From: Balanoglossus misakiensis
Taxonomy: Eukaryota > Animalia > Hemichordata
Length of the DNA stretch: 64,000 nucleotides
Assembly: GCA_040954595.2 (NCBI GenBank)
Contig: CM082593.2
Location: 1,436,901-1,500,900 of the forward strand
Direction of reading: 5' to 3'
Positions 39,801 to 53,645 of the stretch are shown in pieces; the stretch's first letter is position 1; every line of letters begins with the position of its first letter. The notes beneath the pieces are model-generated. The model searched no databases and had not been told where the DNA came from. It worked only from the letters and a program-made list of their open reading frames with translations. The position numbers and the translations under genes were made by a program.

Positions 39801-41980
39801 CTGATCAATGATGATGTGTATATATACAGACGCATGAATCTAATGGTGTTTAGACACCATCAAGTTTGCTGCTTGTTTGAAGTAAAGATGGCATTATCAC
39901 TTTCTCACAATGAAAGAAATTAAGGCAAAATATGTTTAATGTTTAAATAATTTCCCCTATGCCGCTTAACAATCTTTTCAACCTTCAAGTAAAGGTTTAC
40001 ACATGATCTGCACGCAGGAAATATAAAACCTCTCTCTTGACTATATCGTTTTATGCCTTGATAACAGTGAACATGGGCAACACTGCGAGTCATTGGAAGC
40101 TGCAGGATTCCATGTCTTGCAATTGATGAAAGATGTTCAGAAGTCAAAATGGCCAATCGCAAAGGTGGTGGCTGATATAAATAATCCATCAAGCACGGCA
40201 GCTATGGGAAATCAGCCTTGGAAAGGAAAACTGGGAATTTGCGTGACCAGTTTGCATTTTTCATTTGTATCCTCTGCAACAATAACATGTACAAGAACGT
40301 GATTTGATTCACAAACACTGTGCGCTAATCAATTTAGATATCGCTACAATTACCATCAGACAAGTGTAGCTTCACTTCTGTCTTGTTTCGTAATGAATTT
40401 AGTTTTAACTAAGTGTGACATTTATTTTGTAAATTATATCATAGTATTCATGGAAGGTATCAGTACAAGGCGACACTCCTCATTTTCTTGAAACCATGAT
40501 ATGAGCCTAAATCACATAATTAATTAAAGCGGTCTCAATTCCTAAATGCTGGAACTATTGTTCAAAATACAGATTATGTTCAGAATGTTATAAACAAAAC
40601 AGTCAGCTCTATCAGTGCCTACAGTTGCGGCTGATACAGGATCATCCTAATTCCTGTTTCTTTGAAAGATGCAGAATGCACCAGACGCACTGATCTTGTC
40701 AAAGCAGTGTCGTAAATAATTGGTGTGTGTTATATAGTTTGGATGTCCAGCACACAGAGAAGACTGAGCCGATTAAAAAGAAGACAAAAATCCATTACAC
40801 ATATGAAGCTGGAAAAGTGGCAAGGTTTTTTGATTGCATATGGCTGACACGTTCTTGTATGGGGATAGATTTTGATAACAATGTCCGTGCAGAATATGCC
40901 TTTAAATTCATAATAGTATTAGCAAATGTGATATATGGCTTACAAGGTTAAAGGTGTTCAATTTGTTAGCGTCTTTCTGCTGACAAAGTTACGTTGTCAG
41001 GGTTACTAATGCCATGATGTCAGATGACACAGCACATGTGAGTTTGGCATCAACGCGGTCTGTTGATGGGACTATAATGAGAGATACCCAAATGTACACC
41101 TATTTATCAGATGTTATTCACACATGGCAGAGGATATAAACATTTTCATGGCAAATGATGAAAATTTATATGTCACCGTTATTCTAGTTATAGAACTGGC
41201 TAAAGAACAGTTTGAAATATCCCGAGAAATATCTATCAGACACTCAAACTTCACAACGGACTTCACCAAAGTTTCATTGTGCCATGCTCTCGTCAAAGAT
41301 ACCTCGCTTATAGTCCTGTTAAGCTGTCTTTAATAAGGCATTTTGACATCCTTTTGTAAGAAGTAATTTTAGACGGTCGGATTTGGAATCCATTCATTTT
41401 ACTAAAAGCCACCTAATCGAGGACTCTAGATAATGGAAATGGTTTCCTGTGGAAGCAGGGACTATCTTGGACTTGAGAAAATAATTGGAGCATAATATTT
41501 CCCGGAAAATCCAGAACATCACAGAGACACATTCAAATTACAAAACCAATCGTTTAATATGCATACTGAGATAAATAGAAAGTTGTAATTTATGCTCTGT
41601 AGAACCCATGTATCACGTGTTCCACTTCAGCAATCTAATCACAATTATTTCTGATTATTAACAGCATGAAACCAAGACATATACCTAGACATATTGATTT
41701 TGATGGGTTTGATGAAGTACTATATTTGATACCATGTGTCCTTATAAACATTAAGCATGATTGTGCAATGATGCGATTGTAGCCTACCTTTGCTTGAACC
41801 TAGCCAGGCCAAGAGGAATATTAAATAACAGTTGTCTTTCATTTTCTTCCAGGAATCTCACACGACCTCCAGGTACGTCCCTTCTCCCAGTATCTCTATC
41901 TGATTAGGCAGTAAATCTTCGCGATCGCAAGACAGATGACGAATTACAGGTAATTGTGTCAATTCTCTCGCCGATTTATC

Positions 41981-42934
41981 TCACATCGATGGAACGTACG
42001 TCCACAGTTGTGCGTTGTCCGATATAAGCCCACTTAGATGACTTGACTTCGATTCAAAAAGGGGTCCACATACTGCGGCACAAACGACACGATTATCTGC
42101 CAGTCTACACAAACGACAAACCCTATCATAACATTTGTCCTTTCTTGAATAAGCTCCGCTGGATTCTCGATAAAGTGTCGTCTCTAATACCCGTGTTATC
42201 CACAGCATTTGTCTCGTCAGACAGCTGAAAAAAGAGCATAGATAGGTCTATTAAAGTTTATCGAGGAAGACAATGATAATTGCCGGGGTTTCATGTTTCG
42301 AAAAAATTAAGATACGTTAGAGTTACATTCGCTCATGATTGTTACATATCCGTGTTTCAGGGGGCGTAGCAACCGTTAGCACGTAAGGCCAGGATCTGAA
42401 ATTATAATACTGTCACATGTTACTTGGTTGATTGTAATTAATTAACCCATGTTAGTTTGCTGAAATTAATCTTTACTGACACTATGCTGTTTTTGTGTGT
42501 CATGGCGCTAGGCATAACCGATTTTGAATAGCCATCTGCATTTAGCACAATGTCAGAAATGCGAAGGTAACAATTTTCGTTCGGCGTAAAAGAGCTTGAC
42601 TTATTCGATTGTCCCTACTTGTATTGAGTCGACTCGGTAAATAATTCCAATTACCACGAGCGTGTAACTATTTGAGCAGAAGGCAATATAATTTACCTGG
42701 CCAGAGTGATGCGTTCGGCACAGGCGTGTTTGACATACCACAGACAGTGATAAGCTTGGACACCATCTGAAGTAGTATTATCGAGACTTCAACTTAATAA
42801 AAATAAAAGCGTTGTGCTGTTTGGAACACGTTCCCACTTCCGTCCTATCCACTTTGTTAGATGTTCACATACCTGTCGACTTTCTTTAGCTTTAAGGGTG
42901 TGCAACCAGGGAATTGCGTCAAGCTTGTCCGCAT
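41981..42934 (-). pseudogene. Possible frameshifted Cys-rich peptide precursor or spliced lncRNA (three exon-like segments)
   Basis: Plausible GT-AG exons 42873-42934+, 42697-42766 and <=42224. The last exon encodes an acidic pro-segment ending in RIQR in one frame and CYDRVCRLCRLADNRVVCAAVC in the +1 frame. Confidence 0.25.
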
Positions 42935-45900
42935 TTCAACATATTCTCAGGCGGTTACGCTGCACCGCTCTACGATAACACCCAACCAAATGCACAACTC
43001 CGGAGAATTGTCAAACTGGCGTGTGAAAAAAATCTAAATCCTGCTCCTGTATTCACCCAAAACATTGAAACAAATAAACCAACACCAATCACGAAAGCTG
43101 ACAAAGTGAAATCGGTATGCATCGGGTTCCTAAATGTGACACGAACAAGTTTTTTTTTGCAACAGAATCAATTTACAAGGAGTGGGCAAACAGGCAAAAT
43201 GTGAACGATACAGTAAAATTTGATACTTTAACAATCGAGTAAGTTGGTGCACATGACTAAAACCCAGTACAAAACAATACTTACATATCTAGCCAGTTCA
43301 GTTAAGGTGATGTTCCGACCTTCAAAAATCTAATACTTTTACATTTAAACTTACTGAGGTTAGATTTGGCAGTTCAAAAATACGCTATGCATCATTTATA
43401 TTGAGCAGTGAATAAGCTCACAGCAAGCAAATGCCAACCTTTAGCAAATGTCCCGGATGTGACAATAACAGAGTATACCGTATGTAACATTATTACTGTG
43501 TCCTATAATTTGCAGTCAGTGTTGCCAGGGTTACTATTAAGTATCTGGATTACATGCATTGTGCGCTCTTCTTGCGCGTTTAAGTTGAAATACCGACTGT
43601 GCTACTGGCGATCCATGAGCTTATAAATTGATACGCGGCGGCAATATTTGCCCACAAAGAGTATGACTTTACAGCAACTTCGCGCCAACAGCAAAAAGAT
43701 AACGATTATTACTGGTTACTGGATAGTGAAATAAATTATATTTCAATACTGTTTATGGTTTTCCCAAGTCAGAGATGTGTGCTGGCCAAGCATGACATCA
43801 GAATATCATCCGTAAATGTCAACTAACTATGACACTTCAATGAATAATTTCTTTGAAGGAAATCCAGACGGAGCTGCCCCAACAATGATTGGGGGAGATC
43901 TCACATTAATATGGAGATAAGAAATTGAGGGAGATAACATTTTCATACAAATAAACAACAACACAAATTGGAAAAAATGATACTGTATGATTGTATCGGG
44001 CTAAAGATAACAGTGTCTGAGTAATATTCTGATGATTTTGGTCACAACTTTTAAGAGGCAGGTTAAAACATTATTTTCACATTCAAGCAAAGAGAAGTTT
44101 TGGCTGGTTTCAGCGATCAGTTCACAAATGTTAATTTCTGGCCACACATACACGGAGAATGTAGACTTTACATCTCTTAATACCATTCTATGATAATTCA
44201 GAAAAATTCCCTGTCAGAAACTTCAGTAAATTATTAGATGTCAAATGTCACATGCATTCATATTTCATCACGAGTTTGTAGGAATATTGCTAAATTACGT
44301 CGCATCTAGAATTTCTAACATCAACTGTCATGTTGATGTTTCAAACAGGTTATAAGACATTCCTCATTTGAATCTTACATTGCCCACTGGTAGAATTCCG
44401 ACAAATTTCTTAAATCCGACACTACATTCATTTACAAAATTACTATATTTAACAACATCCATCCCTGATTTTCTACTGCCATGAGTTCAAATTTAGGAAA
44501 ACGCACGGACAGGACCAGATACATTTCTTGCATTTAATAACACGTCATTTGAATGCTTATTGAAATCATTTCGAATGTGCCACCTTGTTTTATCTCGACA
44601 CGTCCTTTATTTAAAACGGTATTACATTTGAAATTTCATATCTATCATTCTGTCAAGAAAGTACTAATGCAATCAATGTAATACTCCAAGGTATGCTAAG
44701 TTATGTTAACAAGAGATGTTGATTATAGTGGTACAGACATTCATTAAATGTAAGCTAAGTATGCAGACCAATCAGCGATATATCCAATTACCTATTAGCT
44801 AGCTTAGCTTGAGTAATTACTGTTAGCAACCGATAGACATGTATTAAGAAAAGCTCAGATAATGTGTGTGACTTGTGTGTTACAGTTGCATCAAGTGTTT
44901 TAAAACTTCCGGCATACATTGGTCATAATAAAGATTCATGTAACTGAAGGGTTGGTGGGTGTAAAATGCTGATTACGTGCACATTTGAAATTCATAGTTA
45001 GCCAGATAGCAATTCTGCAATGAAGCCTAAGAGATATGACATTCATATTACATTGTAATTTGTAAATTTGCCGGAGGCTTTGCGGATGTCGTTTGCTGTG
45101 ATTATGGACACCCCACTAGTGCAATTAAGTCAATAAACTAGTGCACTTAATTCATTAAAAGAAGTGAATGTCCGATATTTGGTAAGACGCCACAGATACA
45201 TATGCAATAGTAAGGATTAATAATTATGATTATCATTTATAATTTTAATAAAGTACTGTACCCAGGTCAAACATCGTTGAATTTGCTAAAGTAAAAGACA
45301 GTTCTGCTATGCGGCCATATTTGTTTTGAATTCGGTTCTGCATAGTGTCCAATAAAGTCCATGAAAATACATGGATATAGCATAAAAACAGCAAACGAAT
45401 AGGAAATGTTTGGGTCATCCAACGACCAGTCATACTATGATATCCTAATGTCGTAAATCGAAAACACCACTGTCATTCTTGGTAAATTATGACTCGTAAG
45501 AAACTTAAATCTCACTTTCGCTACTTCTGTCGTTTATTTCCGCATTCAATGAATCATTTAAAACTGATCTAATACCTGTTATTTGTCTCTTTATTTCCAC
45601 TAATGCACTTTTTGTACTAGTTTACATACTAAATAATCATGGTGATACATTGATTAAGGTTATGAGTCGAGTGTATAATATAGTGGGAAGGGAATGGCAT
45701 CATAGTGTTTGATTTAAATCAATCTATCTACCAAACCAATCAATGGATTGGATCTGCTTTTTGTTGACTTCCAAACAGGTTATAAAAATTTTATCAGATG
45801 ATCAAAACTAAGTAATCACGAAGACTTAGAAGATTTTCACGAAGACTCTATGGTTCTCGACAAATGTACCTCGAATTCAGAGGCATAACTCCTATATCGC

Positions 45901-48900
45901 TATCATGTTTGAACATAACTAGCAATCTGCTGATGAAGTGGGCGACGGTGCCAGCGTACAAGACGAATAAGCGAATTCAGATCAGTCCAACATGATTCTA
46001 AAAGGGTAATTTTCTACAATCAGGAATTATTGTGTCCATCAGACGGAAGGTTAAGTCTGTCGGTGCAAATGCGTCTCCAAGCAGTAAACCTTTCATGGGG
46101 TCAGTTGCAATGTAAAACTGACAACATGGAGTGCTAACGGTCTGGATTAAGCGACAAGCCCAAATGCTCTGTGATCGGTTCACGCGCCACCTTTGGTACG
46201 AGATCTGTAGATAGATGACCTCAACTAAGTAGAACCACCTTTTTCTGTGGAATTCAGTTCTGCAGTTAATTTGGAGAATACGTCATACTGTTCCCGTGAT
46301 TGACGTTGCAGGGTTCTTTAAATTGTGTTTATATTATTTCAAAAATACACCACGATGAGGCGAGTTATGACCAGCGGAGATTCGTATTTTTGTAAATCTA
46401 ATTGGTAATCACGAATTAATTCCCAAACTGCCTGGAATGTGTGATATGTGTCTCTGTGAGCGATGGGGTATCAATCTGACTTTGGAATTGTTTTAATGAT
46501 TCGAACATTCCTCACATCCCACATCTATTCTTGCAAGATTCAACTTTGTTGGAATATGTTGCGAGAGCGGCACTTTCACTCGACAGTGAAACTAGAAAAC
46601 GGTGTTGGCTGTAACCCGGTTACATTACAAGAAAACGGCAAAGTATTAAAATCAAAAAGTTTTTTTTCCGTAGATCGAAGTTGTTGGACACGTCGCGGCA
46701 GATACACGTAGTGCTAACTGTGGAGAATGTTACATTTGGACGTATCCTTAATTACCTTAAATGATACCGACCAGTGAGGGGTAATCAGGTAATCTGATTA
46801 ATTAAGTTTCGATGTCAATTAGGCTAATTTAATCATTTCTAATGTTCTGTGGAATTAATCATTAAATTCACATCCGGGCATTTACCACGTTCGCGGTAAC
46901 ATCTCACTGCTGGTATATCCTATGCAAGATCCTTCTAGCGGGTAAATTGCAGTGATATTCAGTCATCGTTTGTTCGTCACGAATATAAAGCGGGCTATTC
47001 AGAACAACACTTGCCTCCTTCAAGATATGACAAATAAAGAGACCGAAATCTAGTTTGCTAATGGGCTGAATGACACTCACGGAGTTAAAGGCAAATGGAT
47101 GTTTTATAAATATTTGAAAAGCTCAAGACCCAGGGGAGAATTTTCCACGACATCATATCAGATTTACGATGACAGTCCTTGCTTGCTTGTGGTCGGGACG
47201 AATACTGGGGCTGTCTGCAGGAATAGCATCGATAAATCGTGAACAAGTCGCCGATTTTCAAGTTCTGTATGCACTATTGTTTTTACTGAGGTATGAAAAA
47301 TTAAGATCAGAGGATTATATTGGCTAATATATCAATGGTTCGGTCGAGTCGTGATTGTTATTCTAAGTTTTCTCAAGTCAGCTTCCCGTGACCCACAAAT
47401 AATCAATAAAGGGTTGATAAATCAGCGGTTATAATATTTCTTTCAGACTGCTGTACAATGTATGTCGCACACGCATGCGCGACAGACATTCTAGATGTTG
47501 TAGAGAACTCTCAAGAGTCTCTGCTGGCTTTATCTTTTTTCTGTTTCAAGGTCTAACCACAAGGTTACCGTGTTCGAGATTTCCCTGAAGACATACGTCA
47601 TTGTCGGAAAGTTGTAGACAAGAATTCGCGTTGCCACATCAATTGTTTCCATGGATTCACACGTACACCACATCAATTTTCCCCGCTTTCATCACATTAG
47701 AAAGTGAAGACTATACAATACAGGCATTTCAGATACTGCGACGTGATTTTTATTTGCATTGTTTCTTGGACATTCACGTTGCTCAGACGTTGCCAATAGA
47801 TGATTTTACGCTAATTGTGAACGGATCTCGCGAGACTCTGTTAATTAGCCATCTAAAACTGCGCGGCCGCCATTTTTCTATTTTCAATGCGCTTGTGTTG
47901 CTTCGTATGGGAGAGATGTTGGCCACGTTGGAGTATACGTAGAGACACTAAAACGAACGGACAATGGAGAAACTCAAACTAGAAAAGTAGATGCTCAAAC
48001 TCTCCCACTGGAACACTTTCGCTTTCTCTCCATATGTTTCATATTATACCTACGGCCACAGTCCTTCTAACCTCCACTTAGGCCTAGGTGTCGTTATTAC
48101 TTGTTTCACGTATTCTATCAGCTTTCAATGCGCTTGGTTACACACCGTGACCTTTTGAAATATTCCCCGTCCCATCGCTGTACAAGAATTACGTGTCAGC
48201 GAAAAGAAGAAATTATCCAACATTTCGATACTGAGATCAGAGCGTAACGCTTTGATTCCTGTTATGCCAGATTCCTCGCGTGTCAAGCCTTTAATGACCC
48301 CTCTTATCAAGTTAGTAAATGTGCAGGGATTACCAAATTGTGAAATGTGCAGTGAGTATGAAAATACCCATTCTCTTAATCTCTTTGAATAAATCACTGG
48401 TTTCTAATGGTCATCACAACTGTCATTGAACATTAATTTAAAAACACGTTGTTGTCAGGTTATTTCTTCTCGTATACAAAACAAGAAATAGAACACCTTC
48501 ACTCTAATCCTGTAAATGATTATGTAGTAGACGATTCCCAAGGATTCAAATTGCTAGGCAATGGTTGCTAGGGGGATCCGCTAAGTCGAGGCAAAGGCAA
48601 AGAGTAGCGAAGTCAAGAGAGACCCAGTATATTGTGAATATTTGTCAAATATCAGGAACCGGCGAAAAACAACGAAACTTTTTGCGTTTTTGCACATGCA
48701 GTGGTGTGCATTCGAAACATTCTTATCGTCAACTGCAAATGACGACATCGAACCCTTCATCATCACTTTAAACAATACAGATAACTGTATCTACTTAACT
48801 TAAACCCATTAAAGCTAGATATACCTGGCTCATTAACTGATAACTATATGTTCATAACAGGCCGTTATTTTTTCTTCGCTGTGTGACCTCCAGAATAAAC

Positions 48901-49459
48901 ATCCTATCGATTACCCAGAGGCATGAACTTACTTCTTTATATATCAAAACATACGTGCATACATTATTTATGTTTCCTTTACGTTTTCAGACTTCATTAT
49001 CAGTAACTTTTGTGTATATACGACATATCTCCTAGTATTATCTACAGTTTACAAGATGCCTTGAACCGGTGTGGTGTGTTTCCACTGATAAGAAGTCTTT
49101 TTTAGGCGTTTTGTAAAGGGAAAGTGTTTTTCCTATAAAAGTTGAGGAAAGAACGAATTTGTTTTGGGTTCGATTTCTTTCCTCCAATTCAGGGGGAATT
49201 TCCTTCCAAAAGTTGTAGAATTCTCAATGCGCACATTATATTTTGTTAATGCGCCACAAATTTCTGGCTTCTGGCGAAAACGTGGCTTAGCTAAAATGAT
49301 ACACTTTTGTCAGTGACGTCAATGCGAAAATGAAAACAACCACGATAACAACTCCATCATTTATACTGGAGTCTATGTTCTGACGCATGCGCGTCAGAAA
49401 AACACGAGTCTAAATAAAACGCCACGCCAATTTGTTTGTTTGTTTACTTGAGTTTCGTG

Positions 49460-49565
<106 letters not shown>

Positions 49566-51337
49566 AATGATCCCCATTTGAACATGCTGCACCAACGAGA
49601 TCCCTAAAAGTCTCACTCCATGTAGAAATGTCAACATGGCGGCCATGATATCGACGTCTCTCTTTTACATTAGAAAAATATGAAAAAAATGTATCTTATT
49701 TCCAGAAATAGGTTGTCTTTTGTGATATAGCCATTTCGTTGAACGTTTTGATGACTACGCTAAATTATTCAGCATCTGTGGCGCATCATTTGCAGAAAAT
49801 TATCAATCAATCAATACATGTTGATGGTGTTGCTCCAGGCGTTTGTACTCTCTGCTTGTGTACACCTTCCATTACGGTATCAACTATTCAAACATCGTTC
49901 TCGAAGCCCGGCAGTTGGAGCCAACTGAAATTAGCACGGCAGATCACGACGTGAGCGTGTTTCACTGATGATTTGCAAGTTTGTCCGAGGATGTCCCGTT
50001 GTGATAGCAGGACACATTATGTCCAGAGTAGATCCAGAATGTTAAACTTGATTAACTGGACCCCTTACGTTTGTTATCAGATGTGATCATGACCTAGCCA
50101 TTACTTTGACCGTCACAATCTTCTGTGAAGTGATGAAAGAAAAAAAAACATGTATAGCCATATAGTGCCTTAGGGGCGGGCCACTGACTAGAGTCATGAA
50201 CGTGACGCATACAGCCAAGAAATATTGATGTTATCAGGCAACTTCTATGTGTTCACTATTCTTTGCTGAACCTCGGTGTTATTTCTTAAAGTCATTCCTG
50301 TAGCTACGACCGTTCGCACAATTATGTATTCTTCGCGTGAAAGGGATTTGATTTGGCCGATTCTCTCAGTAGCAATCCGTTTTTGTTTGTCTTAATTCCA
50401 GGATATTGAATTACAGACGTTACGTTGTAATGTGCCTTACATATACGCGAGTGCAAATGAAGCGCTTTAATTGGGCATTGCCAATGTATTACTTCACCTG
50501 GACGTTTTGTCCCAATGTTTTATGGATTTTGGCGCAGTGCAGTAGATTAATAGAAGCGCATTTTACGAGAACAAAGGGTTAAATTAATTAACGTGGCACA
50601 CAAATCATTATTTTACCACAGAGCTCCCGTTTTTCGTACAGACACTTCAGCACTGGCTTGAGAGCAAACCTACAAAGTTACATGTTTTCAACATACACGA
50701 TTTGTTCACAGTAAATCTGATTATCGTGCTTAGAAAGAATTTCTTCGAAACTATAGCCGTATTCAACCATCTTAAATATCATTCAAACCAACCCTCACGC
50801 AAGATTGGACTATCATTGTTCAGCGGGGCCTTTGTGTGAGGCGCCAAGTAGCTTATTCGTGATAATCATTGCCCCCCGAATATCTAACTGCGGATATCTC
50901 TCTGCTAAGAGAAATGCTGCGATGTCTGGACCAAACGGGAAGACAGACATGACACTATTAGATGCGGAGACAGCGTCGTTGACGGACAGTGGCATGTCTG
51001 CAAAAACGTTGTCGTGAGATACTGTCAGAAAATGCAAATTTAAACGGACAGGAATTGCACATACTTTGCAATCAATAAAATAAAATTGCATCATACTAAC
51101 TGACCCGAATATATGCGTGACATTTCTACACTTGAAAAACTTTCTGGCTGTTCAGATGTCTGTTTGTTTCTATAATTATGACGTCGGGGGAGAAAGGTCA
51201 TCCAGAATTCTTGAAAGAAAGACGCGTACTTATTTATTATTTATCAAAAGTTATGTGACGAAGGTTCCCTTTAACTATGAAATTAATCTGACATGAAAAT
51301 TATTCACGCGACAAAAAATTCAATGGAGAACCAAAGG

Positions 51338-51340
<3 letters not shown>

Positions 51341-51368
<28 letters not shown>

Positions 51369-51380
51369 CCACCATCACCA
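51341..51380. repeat. (CAT/CAC)n trinucleotide microsatellite
   Basis: accatcatcatcatcgtcatcatcatcaccaccatcacca. Confidence 0.8.
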
Positions 51381-52071
51381 GAATTTCACGTGGCAGTGAT
51401 CACATGTATATTTTGCAGTGATTGATGTGGTAAGCAGATTGCAATACATGTACCCGTAATTTATTACAATTTCATCTATTGACTTATAACTACATCAAAA
51501 CTTGCATAAATGTTTATTCGGTGGTACCCAATACATATTTATTAGAGTAATGATATCGGGCTAGAAGTCGATCATAATTTATTAAGAATGCGCCTGTTAT
51601 TTATTAATATGGATAAATGAATTGCTTCTCTAATTGGTATTTTCGCGTGTCACCGGCCGATGGTTGCGAACGATGGATGTTGTGTGTAATTTTCCCAAAA
51701 GAAAGATTTATGCTCTAATCGTATTTTTCTACAGCAATGATGCAATTTGTAATGCCCACAAATTGAAATGTATCGACGATGCAATTGCGAACTTAAACTT
51801 AAAGGGGAGGGTCGTCTGAACTGCGCATATGCGACTTTTCTGTTTATAAACACACAATCAGCATTGTTTAGGGAGAATCTGTCAAATGTACCATGTTATA
51901 TCATAGTAATTTGGAAATAAAAAAGTAAGGATGCATTGTTTTCCATGATGTACAGTGTAGTACAAAATAACAACCACATTGTTTGCAATGATGTGCGTTG
52001 TAGTTTGGACCCTTTCGCGCATCCGCAGACGGGGCGACACCTTCGCTTTAAATGTGCCGGTATCGTCTGCG

Positions 52072-52275
52072 TTAGTACATTGTGCTGTGAGACCGGTAAA
52101 AAGGGCCATGGGCCGTTGCTAAGGAGTTGTACGGGTCAACACCCAAAGCAGTATAGCTTTCCCTCCGAGGCGATGCTACTTCTGGCAGTGATGACAATGA
52201 CACCCCCGGCGACAATGACGTCATCAGGATTATGGCAGTGAGAATCTTTCCGCCAAGAAGCCAACAAATCTTCAT
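52072..52275 (-). CDS. Candidate small secreted peptide precursor (67 aa), divergent from TXNDC15
   Basis: MKICWLLGGKILTAIILMTSLSPGVSLS-SLPEVASP-RR-ESYTALGVDPYNSLATAHGPFYRSHSTMY*: signal-like N-terminus and a dibasic site. Acceptor at 52319 and a strong upstream donor AAG|GTAAGT at 53209 next to the TXNDC15 promoter. No homolog recognised. Confidence 0.35.
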   Translation of the reverse strand: MKICWLLGGKILTAIILMTSLSPGVSLSSLPEVASPRRESYTALGVDPYNSLATAHGPFYRSHSTMY

Positions 52276-53208
52276 ATGCATAATACCTTCATGTCGCAAA
52301 TTATTATTTTGATGATTTTCTATGTTGAAAATAATGCACACAGCTGTAAACTTTACCCATCTCAGATATACGGACACACTCGGTCAAAAAGCCGTAGCAG
52401 ATTCTTGCTCCGTTATGTTCGTATACGCTTTTCAGAAATATTAATTTGCCAGACTCAAGTATTAAGGCATCTGGCTGCCCAAACATCGTACCCTACGTGA
52501 TTATTCACATTCTATGGACGGCGTGATGTCAACCAACGACATTTGAAAAAGTGAAAAAAAGATGAAAGTAATTAAAATAAGGATAAACGGTCATAGCTTG
52601 ATTAAAACGAGCGATTCCTGTTCTGTGTCGATGTTAATTTCCGAAATCTCAGACGACAAATATTTCCATGCAAAACGAAAAAATAATAAAATTGAAACCA
52701 GTCCTAATCTTAGTGAACAATATTAACCTTTAGTATTCTGCGTCTATGTTGATTAAAAACACGATGTCTTTAGCGAGTGAATTGATAAGTTGTCAGTAAA
52801 TTAGAAAGCTACATATATGCTTTGAAGAAGAGCCAATATCGTAAATAGGGTCTCTGGGGCGTGTGGTGACATTTCGGGAATATTTACTTATATTATCATA
52901 CATATGGATGCCCGCTAGGTCTAATGACAAAATGGTTATCATTTCAGTAGTCGTTTTCGGTCGCTTCTGTGTTTGGTGGAGCCCTTAATTGAAGAAAATG
53001 TCAAGTTGAAACAACAGACACATTTGTTTTCCAACGAAGTAGGCCTGTTGATCAAAGACAGGCAAAATAATAAGAGGACAAACAAAGTAATTTCGTGTTG
53101 ACATATCATCTGTGAAAAGCGCATAATACACCTTTGATCAATTTATTTGAGTTGACAAATTAAAAGTGTGGGCACCAATATTCCAGAATTGGAAATGATG
53201 TAACTTAC

Positions 53209-53645
53209 CTTTAAAAGTAGATACAGTCTAAGTTTTTTCAGATAATATTGACGTACATTCTCTAAAGAACGGTAACCAGGTGATGGTGATGGTGATATGT
53301 TTGCCGCCGAATGAGTTTCAACTTTCTCATCCGTAAACGTCTGTCGTCACCAAATTTGCAATCTGTAACCAGAGCGTCTGCTGAACGGCGCCGCCTGGCG
53401 ACAAAAAGGTGTCATGTAAGCCCCTGCGACTCCCTAGCGACATGAAACTTCATCAACAACCCTAAATCCGTTTTCTTTCCTGTTATCATCAAAAATGTGG
53501 AAATTCATCACAATAAAACATGCACATGAGCAGATTGATAACTTTGAGCTGTCTGATTCAACACAGTAACCTTCGAAAAGTAATCTATTCAATGACTGCA
53601 AAACTCCACTGACCTAGAGGGTCTTTTGAATTAAAGATGGCGGCC
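53209..53645. promoter_or_regulatory. TXNDC15 promoter, probably bidirectional
   Basis: CpG-rich patch, CTCF-like GGCGCCGCCTGGCG (53387-53400), YY1-type AAGATGGCGGC overlapping the TXNDC15 start codon, and a minus-strand donor at 53209. Confidence 0.5.

Noticed and set aside
49818-49928. 36-aa ORF with a signal-like start (MLMVLLQAFVLSAC)
   Set aside because: Too short, with no convincing processed product or splice support.
52130-52160. YCFGC-TGA on the minus strand as a possible selenocysteine motif
   Set aside because: The frame is closed upstream, does not match known CxxU/UxxC families, and no SECIS was recognised.
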